DNA of 60,696 bases, from positions 1 through 60,696 of the forward strand of contig JAPEUG010000065.1 of the NCBI GenBank assembly GCA_026025795.1, given 5' to 3'. Under the pieces are notes generated by a model. The model was not told where the DNA came from and made no database searches. It saw nothing but the letters and a program-made list of their open reading frames with translations. Below, piece by piece: positions 21,729 to 31,514 of this stretch (position 1 is the first letter of the stretch; every line of letters starts with the position of its first letter). The DNA is from Thelocarpon superellum. Its lineage: Eukaryota. Position numbers and translations under genes: made by a program.

Positions 21729-23894
21729 CTAAGGAGTGATCTGGACGGTCTCGGCAATGCTCGGCACGCCATCGTCGTTCAAGGCGAAGAGCATCCAAGC
21801 CCCGGGGAGGGCGACGCCGGGATCGTTCGGCACTGCAAAGGTGTACTTGTTGGTCCCTACAGTCTCGAGCGACAGGGGGATGCGTCGTTGATCCGTGTTG
21901 ACCGTGTGCGTGGTCGAGCCATAGCGCACGAGCGACATGGCGCCCACGGATGAATCTGTCGTCACCGTGAGGCTGCCGCCCACCGCGACGGTGGAGCCGG
22001 AGACGGACGTGATGGCCGGTCGAGTGGCCGGGGAGCCGTCGTCGTTCAACAGATACGGCGGCGTGAAGACCTGGGCGTCAAAGTGATTGGTGGAGCAGGT
22101 CTCGCCGCAGAGACCACCGCCGCCGCTGAAGACGGTGCCGTCGAGCATCAGCAACGCCACGCTGTGATAGACGCGCGCGATGGAGTTGGAGAGCAATGGC
22201 GTAAACAGCTGGGTGTCGGGGTCCCAGATCTCCGGCGTCAGATCGAGGTTGTTGTCGGAGAAGGGGATGCCGAACGACTGGCCGCCGGTGATGAAGACGT
22301 GACCATTGGGCAGCACCACGCCATTGGCAAAGATGCGCTCGTAGGACATGTTGCCGATCGGATTGACCGCGGCATTGCCGCCCGGGGCCCCGATGGTGAC
22401 GACGTGCGCCGCGCTCGAGGCGGTCGTTTGTTGGTAGTTGGTCGCCCCGCCCACCGTCAAGATCTGGCCGGCCACGGCGTCAAACATCACGGCGTTGCCG
22501 CACATGGCGTCGGCATCGCCCGCACGTGGCCCCGCCGGGCTCTGGCTCCCTTCGCCTTCCGTCCCGTACCAATTCATCGCCAGACTTGGCCCGGCTTGGA
22601 AGACCGATCCGTTCTTCCAGCCGAAGAGCCAGGCGTGATTGTCGGCGCGGTAGACGCCTTGCGCATCGTCCGTGAGCATGGGAGCGACCGGGCAGCCAGG
22701 CAAGAGCGACCACGCGCCGGTTGTCGGGTCATACACCTCCCCGTTCTTGCCGCCGTAGCCGCCGGCCCAAGACCCACCGATGGTGAAGGTCCGTCCATCC
22801 GAGGTCGTGGCCGAGGCTTGGTAGCCACGGGGGATTTGCATGTACGGCCCGGGCACCCAAGCATCGAGGCTTTGGTCGTAGATGCTGGTCGAGTAATCAT
22901 TGTCGCCGCCCGTGACGATCAAGGAGCCGTTGAAATCGGTGGACAAGCCGACGCAGAACATGTCGTGATTTGTGTTGGTCACGATCATCTGCGACACGGT
23001 CTGGTTGGCCGGGAAGTAGGTGGCGGTGTACGTTTGGCTGCCGCCGCCGCCAATCTCCCACGGCGTCGACGAGGCCCAGACCAGCACGTTCCCCGTCCCC
23101 TGTTCCACCGCCGCCGACACAATGACCAAGGGAAAGTCGATGGTCGCTCCCCACGACCCGAGATTCGTGGGCGGAGGCGCGTAGGAAGGCGCGGCGAAGA
23201 CGTTGAATTCGGCGATGCTGGACCACGGACCACGATTGCCAGCCTCGCTGAGGGCCCGGAGTTGGACGTACCGGGCGGGTACGGTCTCAAAGGTGGTGTA
23301 CTTGGTGATGTTGTTATCGATGTACGTGCCGATGGCCACGGGCGACCCCCAGTGGACGCCGTCGGTGCTCAGGAGAATCTGGTGCTCTCCAATGTTGCCG
23401 TTGGAGCCCCCTGACGGATTGACGCCCAGATCCTGGCGCGGGAGATAGCCGATGCCGTTGACATTCTGCACGACCTGCATGTCGACCGTGATGTTATGGG
23501 GCAACGGCGCCAGATAGGGGTCCCACTCGCTGTGCCAAAAGGTGTTCGGGTCGCCGTCGATGGCGTAGGTTGGTGGGTGACTGCCTTCGCTGATATCGGC
23601 GGTGATGGTCCAACTGCTCCGGTCGATTTCGGTCCCCACGGCAGGCGGCGCCTGACGCATGCGAAGGTATTTGTTGTTGGGAATGTCGAGATTGGTGTGA
23701 TTGTGCGAGAAGCTGACTTTAGGATCTCCTTGCGGTCTCGGCGGTCTCGCCACGGTGTGTGCTTTCGTCACGTTGAGTCCTTCCAATCTCAACGAATGTG
23801 CCGTGGGAGGGTGGAAAGGCACGGATACGGCGTCGTTGCGCGTGGCCCACATACTGGCGACCAGCAACAACGGGGTGATCCATCGTGACGGCAT
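21729..23894 (-). CDS. Secreted galactose oxidase (copper radical oxidase AA5_2: CBM32, Kelch propeller, C-terminal Ig-like domain), intronless
   Basis: 721-aa ORF with signal and propeptide ending LRMR. Motifs HDMFC (cofactor Cys), RGYQ (cofactor Tyr), GGSW, YRADNH, RVYHS (Cu ligands Tyr/His) and THTVNTDQRR (His). Confidence 0.96.
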   Translation of the reverse strand: MPSRWITPLLLVASMWATRNDAVSVPFHPPTAHSLRLEGLNVTKAHTVARPPRPQGDPKVSFSHNHTNLDIPNNKYLRMRQAPPAVGTEIDRSSWTITADISEGSHPPTYAIDGDPNTFWHSEWDPYLAPLPHNITVDMQVVQNVNGIGYLPRQDLGVNPSGGSNGNIGEHQILLSTDGVHWGSPVAIGTYIDNNITKYTTFETVPARYVQLRALSEAGNRGPWSSIAEFNVFAAPSYAPPPTNLGSWGATIDFPLVIVSAAVEQGTGNVLVWASSTPWEIGGGGSQTYTATYFPANQTVSQMIVTNTNHDMFCVGLSTDFNGSLIVTGGDNDYSTSIYDQSLDAWVPGPYMQIPRGYQASATTSDGRTFTIGGSWAGGYGGKNGEVYDPTTGAWSLLPGCPVAPMLTDDAQGVYRADNHAWLFGWKNGSVFQAGPSLAMNWYGTEGEGSQSPAGPRAGDADAMCGNAVMFDAVAGQILTVGGATNYQQTTASSAAHVVTIGAPGGNAAVNPIGNMSYERIFANGVVLPNGHVFITGGQSFGIPFSDNNLDLTPEIWDPDTQLFTPLLSNSIARVYHSVALLMLDGTVFSGGGGLCGETCSTNHFDAQVFTPPYLLNDDGSPATRPAITSVSGSTVAVGGSLTVTTDSSVGAMSLVRYGSTTHTVNTDQRRIPLSLETVGTNKYTFAVPNDPGVALPGAWMLFALNDDGVPSIAETVQITP

Positions 23895-25451
23895 GGTCAG
23901 TGAGCAATGAATGTGAGCGGCGACCAGGGACGAAGAAGGCTCGTCGTGAGCTCTTCAGAGAAATGAAGGTGAGTCTGAGCAGGTCAGAGCGCGAGAGGAC
24001 AACGAGGGAAGGTCAGCCGGCCAAGGCAAAGGAGTGACGTGATGACCAGCGAAAAGGGTCCAGGTGAAGTGACGACGAAATGGAGAAACAGGAGGGCGAC
24101 CTCTCCAATGCAGGAGAAGGCATTGGAACGGAGGGAAAGCACGCGTCTTTATCTCTCGGAGAGCTCATCGGAGACTCATCCAGGCGTCCCTAGATCGACA
24201 GTCTATCAGCAGACCGCGCCACTGTGCTCGCGCCCTGTGCTTGCGCCGAACGAGAAAGTTGAGTCGATGCTCCACGGTGAGCTGATGAAAAACACGATCC
24301 ATGCAGATCCAAACCGCAAGAAGGCCATTTTCCCTTTTCAACTACACCCGAAGGTAGCGTTTGTGAAAATTAGTGCAGCAGTTGTGCCGCGCCATGCCGT
24401 TGTTCTGCTGTGATGGCTGCCAGATAGGGGGACCTGGGACGGGAGCAAGCGATGGGCGATCGGACGATGGACGCGCCTAACCGGCCTCGCCGTGGCTTGG
24501 CAGCCTGGGTGGTATTCCCATGACCGCGAGCTCTGTCGTCGTCCAAGCTTCCATGGCGTCCATGGCTGGGCCCCTGCATGCCGCATCGCATCAGCTCGGT
24601 CGTGACTGAAAGACAAATCTCACCCGTCAAATGGATCTACGGTGTGCATCGATTAGCTTCTTTTCCCTGCCGGAGGAGACTCCTATGTCTTTGTCCGAAC
24701 CCAGTCGGATCTGGTCGGCCTTGAGCTGCGACGCTGATCCCTTAGGTTGACGGATCCGGGCTCAAGCGCTCCTTGGCCACGGACCCACGCGCCGAGGAAG
24801 GCGCGGCGCCGCCGGGCGAGACTTGGGAAACGGCGAACACGCCGGTTCATTGGTTAGACTTGGTCGGCTGGCGAGGCCGCGGAAGATCCGATCGGCACGA
24901 GCCGCGCACCATGGCGAGAATGACAAACCGGTTCTAGGGCAGTTCTGGAAGCCGCAAACTCGACCATCACAACGCAAAGAGATGTAATCGCTGTAGAGGA
25001 TAGAATACCTGGGCATGAGACCTCTATCTCCTTGACGAGAATTGCAGTTGCTGCGTTGTTGTTTGCTGGGCAACTATCGGGGTTATGTCATGGCTGTTAG
25101 AGCTTCAGCCGGAACTGATGTGCAGTGGTCTCGCTATTCTTCCCGTCGGTTGCGTGCCGGGACCTTTCCCGCACCTTCGCCAGGCAGCTCAGGGCGCTCG
25201 CGTCGCACATCCCCGGCACAACCATGACGTGAACCGGGTCGCGCGATGGCCACGCGGGGCGTGCGAGCATAGGGCGGCGGGGTGCACCAGCTAGATCGGA
25301 ACAGACGTCCCATGGGAACGCCCCACTTATTTCCTCCACCTGTAGGCATCAGAGCTGTAGTTATTGCAAATTCTACGTGTGTAGGAATCAGAGCTGAAAT
25401 GCTAATCTACGCGTAGTCGGGATGGTAATAGGAGTGGACATGTGACCAGAT

Positions 25452-25546
25452 CACGTGCGTGCTCCTACACGTGTAGCTGAGGTAGTATGGATGCGCACGT
25501 GACTTGATCACGTGCGCCACCCTACACACCTAGGAACAAACACGTG
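25452..25546. promoter_or_regulatory. Cluster of five CACGTG (E-box/bHLH, Cbf1-like) sites
   Basis: CACGTG at 25452, 25468, 25496, 25509 and 25541. The motifs are certain; function is inferred. Confidence 0.5.
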
Positions 25547-26389
25547 AATAGTAGCAGCGTCGTTTGGGCAAATTACTGGACTTACCTGTCCTCAGACGCG
25601 AATGATCGGCTGATCGACGACGATGGTTTCCTTCTCCAAGAAGACGAGCACGACAATGCTCTCGGCGCGCGAAGAGAAGGAACAGGAACTCTCTATATCC
25701 AGCTAGGATGGTGGGGATTCAAGTGGATGGTCGTTGTACTAGTCATGAAAATCAACCGCGCGATCAATCCATGTCTCGGCCGGATGAAAGCGGCATGGGC
25801 TCGATTTTGGCAGTCAGTGGCGGAAGCCGTGGAAAGGTTCAAGAAAGGGGTGGCGAGAAATTCTCAACAAGGACAGCGGACGGCGCGGCCTTGGTGAAAA
25901 GGCAGAGGAGGACGTCGCGCCTGTGGCAGCGGGGGAGGAGACGAACGAGGAGGAAGCCAGCAACGAGTGACCTGTTCGAGGCTTGGTCTCGCCAATACTG
26001 GTCTTTTTTCTGAAACAAGCCTTTCTTAAGGCTAGGGTGTGGGACAGATGGACGAGAAGTGCGGTATCGTTGTGATGGTGACAGTAGCTCGATACCTTTC
26101 CCCACAGAAGTGGTCTCGGCGAGAACCTCCGTTGCCGCATCGTCTGCCGACCCTCCTAGGGTCGATGGGACACGAAACCAGTACCAAAGAATCCATGTGC
26201 TTTGATCAATCTAGCCATACACCATGCGACGAGAAGAGGGAAAGAGAGGCCCTAAGACCATAAGATGCGGCGCGCAAAGAGAAGCATGTCTGCCCGCCAA
26301 GGCTCCAATCTATTCGTCTCATCCGAACCCTTACGGCACCAACATCTCAGCTGATCTTTGCGCCCATGCTCGGCATCGTAGCCGTCAAT

Positions 26390-27057
26390 CTAAAAGGAGC
26401 CGGTGACGTTGGTGGCAATCAGGGTGATGTCGACGCAAACCGTGTTGTCATAAGCGGTTTGGCTGTTGTCGTCGTACTTCAGCGTGAGGATCCAGCTGCC
26501 GTAGCGCGTGCACGCGGTGAAATCCGACGCTTGCGGGTCGGTCTTTTGCTTGTCGTAGGCCAAGACGACCTCGGAGCCCTGGGTCGTCGGAAGGACGTGG
26601 ATGTAATCCGGGCCGAAGGAGCCCACGTGCGCCGGCTCGATGCCAGAGGCTCCATTCACGCTGAAGACGAACGGAGTGGGATCATTGGCCCATTGCTATT
26701 CACGTTCACCGTCAGCTGTGTTCGCAGTCTCTTGCGGTAAACGGTGCGCCTTACAAGATCGTGCGTCGCCAGAGTCGAGGGCTTCGACTCTTTCACACCA
26801 TCGGAAGTGATGAGAGTAAAAGACGTGGGTGCCAAGTTCGGCGTCTCTGTCCGGGGAACGCTGTCCGGCGTGCCAATGATGATCACCTCGTACGCATAGG
26901 CGAAAAGCTTTGCGCCGTTGAGGGTCCCGTTGCTAGATTGCACGGTGATTTCGAAGGAAGGCGCCGCGCTGGAATCGCGGGGGGCGAGGGACGGCGCGGC
27001 GAGGGCCGACCCGAGCATCGACGCCGCCGTCAGGAGGGAAAGCGCGAAGGTATACAT
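26390..27057 (-). CDS. Small secreted protein (about 202 aa), cell-wall PhiA/IgE-binding-protein-like
   Basis: Exons 27057-26755 and 26695-26390, intron GTAAGG...CTGAC...TAG. Signal peptide MYTFALSLLTAASMLGSALAAP; C-terminal FxAC...W.L...C..I.L two-cysteine pattern; upstream TATATA run near 27225. Confidence 0.8.
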
Positions 27058-28908
27058 CTTCAATGGAGGGGGATGAAGCAAGACTTAGGCTGCTTGAATA
27101 GAGCTGAGGTTGTCGTAGGATGGAGCTTGGAGAACGCTGTGCTGGAAAGAAGTGCTTGTAGGATGAGACTGAAGGCGAGAGACAGGATGCTGAGCCGATA
27201 CTTGACGCCCAGGCTTCGTCTGGATATATATATTCCGAGGAAACTGGCTGCAGAGGCCCGCCATACGGCCTCTGGCAGCGTGCTGAAAGGATTACAGGAT
27301 ATGGGCATGATAGCAATTAGTGGCTGAGAGCACCTCTAGGCGGCTCGCTTTTGGCAAGTGCATATGGCTGACGAAGATCATCCCTCCTCTGGCCGTGCCT
27401 TTGGTAGGATGGATGTCGACCCTTGGTCCTCTCCTAAGACCGTGACATTCCAAGGCATGGCTCAGAATCCGGAATGGCAGGTGGCGAGGAAGCCGAGACC
27501 GACTATGGTCGAGAGAGGATTGGGGAAAAGGTGGGAAGGCGATAAATGCAGACTCGTGTGGGCAGGCACTGGTATTGCCTAGCCGAAGGAATATTGATAC
27601 CATGGCGTTCTGACGGGGGGGATGTCATGTCGATGACGAACCCATGGTTGCAGGGCTTTTAGTGTATCCTCCCATGAACATGGTACACAAGCTGGTAAGA
27701 TGAAGATGGCCATATTTGGTATCTGAGTCTGGTATAGGGCAGGTTCCTTTGGCCATGATAGCTGCCTGACCTGGCATAGACCTGGCAATGCGTCGTGAGG
27801 CTTTAACGGGTGGCCCTAATGAAGGGACCATCTCCTTAAAGCATCGGCCTCGGCATGAGTGTTGGAGGCGGTGGTAGTAAGCGAGAAGATCCGGCTCGGT
27901 ACCTTGTAATTAGTCATTGTAATCTGATGGTGTGGAGGATCTGGACGATCACGTGCTCTCTTACCTAATTATTTACTAGTTCGCACTGCTTACCGAGACG
28001 GTACCCTATACTATAGTTTGAAAAGGGTCGTCTCGCAGATAGTTTAACTCACTATCTTCACCCTCCATTGTGATTGGTCCAATTAGCTGAATCCAAGAGG
28101 GAACCCTGCCCCAACCTTCAACGCATATGAGCTCAGCCGTGGCCATGCCTCCATAGTGACCATCCGGCATAGAGGCATAACTTATCCTATAAGTAGTACT
28201 GACTAAGGATAATATGCTTCCCTTCATAAAGTCATCGAGGCGCAGCGAGCGGTGCACCTCCCAACCCATGTCGCCTAGGTATATTTTACCGAATGGCTTT
28301 TTCGAGCCCCCATCGTTATTGAGGTGGCTCTCGCAGGCGGCCATTCTATGATCCATGCCGATCATGCCATTGTTGCATGTGTGACCCACGCAGCCGCATT
28401 TGAGAAGTATGATCAAGGACGGGAAGATAAGAGCTCTGCGAAGAATTACATATCGTCGAGAGGTGGAGCGGCTTGTCCTTTCCTCGGCGAAACGCGACGT
28501 AGCTAGGAGAACGGATCATGGCATGAGTTGGGTTAACCGAGAGAGCTGGGACATTCATGACCCCGTCTGGTTAGTTCTACACATTATTGTGGCTCATCAT
28601 GTGGAAAGTGGGTCACGTGAAAGCCTCCTCCTAGATGTGATGGCTTGTAAGCTGTTGGCGCTGTGACGACATCGTAGGTCTCAGGTAAACGTGCAGAGAC
28701 GATGAGGTGGTGAGATGTGGGCGGGCTCGTGACTCACCGTGACTCAACGATAGGCCACAATACTAGCCCTGGGCTTTGATCTGAGCCGGGAGATGTTCCA
28801 ATGGTATGAGGAGCGCGCGGATGAACACTTACCGCAGCATCCCATCTCGCTCCGGCGATTGTGACTTTCTCTACTGCTTCCTCCGCGATACACGGCCTTT
28901 ATCCTACA

Positions 28909-30177
28909 ATGCCTTCCCCACCAAAGCCCGTTCATCTACCAGGCACCACGCTTGAGGGCGGTGGACAATTATTACGTCTCGCCCTATCCTTGTCATCTTT
29001 GACTTCAACCCCAATTCGTATCACCGACATCCGAGGAAAGCGTCCGTCGGGAGGCGGACTGAAGCGTCAACATCTCACGGCCGTCGAGTGGCTTGCCCGT
29101 GCGTCTGGGGCAGACGTCGAAGGAGCCGAGAAGGGCAGCCATACTCTGCTCTTCCGTCCTGGAGCCACCAGCTACGCAGCCCAGGCTTGGTGGACGGAGG
29201 GCCCCTCGGTGGATCAGGCCTCGCTCAAAAAGGTCGTAATTGAGCAGGACAGCCCAGGCAGCATCGGCTTGGTCCTACAAGCCGTGCTCCCCTATATCCT
29301 CTTCTCTCACTCCTCTTCGCCGGCCTCCACGCCGGTCACGCTGAGCATCTCTGGCGGGACCAACGTGACCTTCTCTCCTTCTTACGAATACATCAGGCAA
29401 GTGCTCCTGCCAACTTTAGAAGCCATTGGCCTTCCCCGCATCGAGACCTCCCTCGAAGCACGGGGCTGGACGACTGGACGGCAAGAGATCGGGTCTGCCT
29501 CCTTTACCATCACCCCGTTATGCAAAGGACAAAGCTTGCCCGCCTTTCACTTGGCGCAGCGGGGCGACATCACGACCATCCATGTGACCATCCTGGCGCC
29601 AGCATCCGCCATTGCACACGTGCGGCAAGAGATCTTGTCGTCACTCGCCTCCAAGCTTCCCGAGACGGCCGTCGAGGTAGTTCTAGAAGAGGACAGTCGG
29701 TCGTCCAAACGTTTGTACCTACTGCTCGTCGCCTTGACCCAGGATGGACGTCGTCTCGGCCGTGACTGGCTCTACGACCATAAGATCACGGATCTAGATA
29801 CGGCCGTCAAGAAGTTGGTCAAGATGGTTGTCGGACAGCTTTGCGCCGAACTCCGGTCGGGAGGATGCGTGGACGAGTATTTGCAAGATCAGCTCGTCGT
29901 CTTCCAGGCCTTGGCCAACGGAAGAAGCGTCGTTCTGGGCGGAAAAGCCATAAACTCGGCCTCCCAAAATCGCGGTGGAAGAGAGACCGACGACGCTGCG
30001 GCTCGACCTGCGAGCCTCCATACACAGACCGCACGATGGGTCGCCGGTGAGGTGCTCGACGTCACGTTCGATGACGATGGGACGTGTGATGGCATTGGTT
30101 TCGTGGTTGGCAAGCGTCTTCCGAGGGAAGCGGAGCGGGATTTCGCCGAAATGGTTGGAGAGAGACTGCGAGTATGA
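28909..30177 (+). CDS. RNA 3'-terminal phosphate cyclase (RtcA type), intronless
   Basis: Motifs LEGGGQLLRLAL, IRGKR...GLKRQHL, GSIGLVLQAVLP, GGTNV..SPS and DEYLQDQL; catalytic-His motif SLHTQT. Confidence 0.92.
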   Translation: MPSPPKPVHLPGTTLEGGGQLLRLALSLSSLTSTPIRITDIRGKRPSGGGLKRQHLTAVEWLARASGADVEGAEKGSHTLLFRPGATSYAAQAWWTEGPSVDQASLKKVVIEQDSPGSIGLVLQAVLPYILFSHSSSPASTPVTLSISGGTNVTFSPSYEYIRQVLLPTLEAIGLPRIETSLEARGWTTGRQEIGSASFTITPLCKGQSLPAFHLAQRGDITTIHVTILAPASAIAHVRQEILSSLASKLPETAVEVVLEEDSRSSKRLYLLLVALTQDGRRLGRDWLYDHKITDLDTAVKKLVKMVVGQLCAELRSGGCVDEYLQDQLVVFQALANGRSVVLGGKAINSASQNRGGRETDDAAARPASLHTQTARWVAGEVLDVTFDDDGTCDGIGFVVGKRLPREAERDFAEMVGERLRV

Positions 30178-30310
30178 CGCACTGTGATCTTCGTCCGGGA
30201 TGACGAGGCATTGGTCTTTCGAAAGATAAGAAAACCCCGTAACTCCGCCTGAGATGTATGCGCCGCCCCAATGCCCATGTAAGCACCGCAAAAGGCTTCT
30301 CCTACATGTT

Positions 30311-30733
30311 TCATCGCCGCGTTTCCACCGGATCATCCTCTTCTCTCCCGTCGGTAGAGCCAGGGACCGCGCCGACGGCCGGTTTCCCCGCGTATAGCTG
30401 ACCCCCAGAGTGTCCAGACCCGCCCTCCAATTCCTTACTCAGAGCGATAGGTTGATTGCCCCGGAACCTCTTGCGCATATCGACCATACCCCGCTTGCAC
30501 TCCCCATATCCGCGCTTTAGCTGCTGACATCGTGTGGGAAGTGTATCGACGAGTGGCGGGCGGAGACAGTCGGACGGCTTATTGCGGTCGACCAGGACGC
30601 AGTCGGACGCCTGCAGACACTCGGCCAAAGCCTCACCTGACGTGATAATAAAGCCTCATTAGTTTCTAGTCGTTCTATGCGTAGAGCAGTAGGCATGGAT
30701 GGGCGTACGAATATCCTTGCAGGAGCTGGGCAT
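30311..30733 (-). CDS. PET191: Cytochrome c oxidase assembly factor Pet191/COA5
   Basis: Exons 30733-30709 and 30636-30311 give MPSSCKDIREALAECLQASDCV...CKRGMVDMRKRFRGN with twin CX9C-type cysteines. Confidence 0.93.
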
Positions 30734-31514
30734 GACGGACGGCTTCCGTCGGGAGATGGCGTGGGCTAAGGAGATAAATGATCAAGCCGCGAGTTTGGCG
30801 GAGCGAACCAATCGATCAGGCAAGACTAGCAGCTCCTGCAATGAGGTACTGGCTCTAGTAACCGTCGATTGAGTGTATGGACCCCATCACGTCTGCTTTG
30901 CTGTAGAGTCGCCGTCGAACGGTAAAGAACTTGTTATGGAGGAATTCGGAAGTCTCATCAGTTACTAAGCAAGACGTCGAGGCGGCGGGGCGAAAGTCGA
31001 GGTCCAAAGTTTTGGTGGTGTCGCCATCTCCCAACTGACAGACTGCTGCTGCCCGCCTCGTGATTCTCTGCGATGCACGTAGTGGCCAAGTTACTCGTAC
31101 TATTCTAGATACACGATAATGGGGGTTTCTGGCAGCCATATCAACTTGTATCCTCACTGCACGGGGCGCTCCCTGGGCGTCGCATGCTGTCGTGGTGGAG
31201 GGAGCCGCCCTAGGACCTCGTAAGTTTTAGTGCGAGCTACGAGCACATGCCAGCGACTTCACCCCCAGTACGCTAGAGCCAGTCCTTCGTACTACTGCGG
31301 CGCCATCTGCGTCACGCCGTCGGTCCCTCGCAAACGGAGGATCGGACCTTCCACAGTACAGCAACGGTCGGTCCGCGGCCTTTCATTGGATCTGCCGTCG
31401 ACCGGTGCCCAATCTTCCAGGCACCACCACCCACGCCTTCTGGACGACGATGTGGCGACGGTGGCTACGAAGCATCCACATGACTCCGCGAAACGCACCC
31501 TGAGAACGGATGAC

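Noticed and set aside
22083..23414. 443-aa ORF antisense to the galactose oxidase
   Set aside because: Shadow ORF caused by high GC at third codon positions; no recognisable motifs.
25544..25897. 117-aa ORF with a hydrophobic stretch
   Set aside because: GTG start, no recognisable homology or splice structure; cannot be supported.
27300..28700. Lower-GC stretch with short Cys-containing ORFs (e.g. 28006-28416)
   Set aside because: May be a gene relic, but no motif or coherent frame could be established.
15200..28850. Starship or other intact mobile element
   Set aside because: No tyrosine recombinase captain, transposase, reverse transcriptase, LTR or terminal repeats could be identified.
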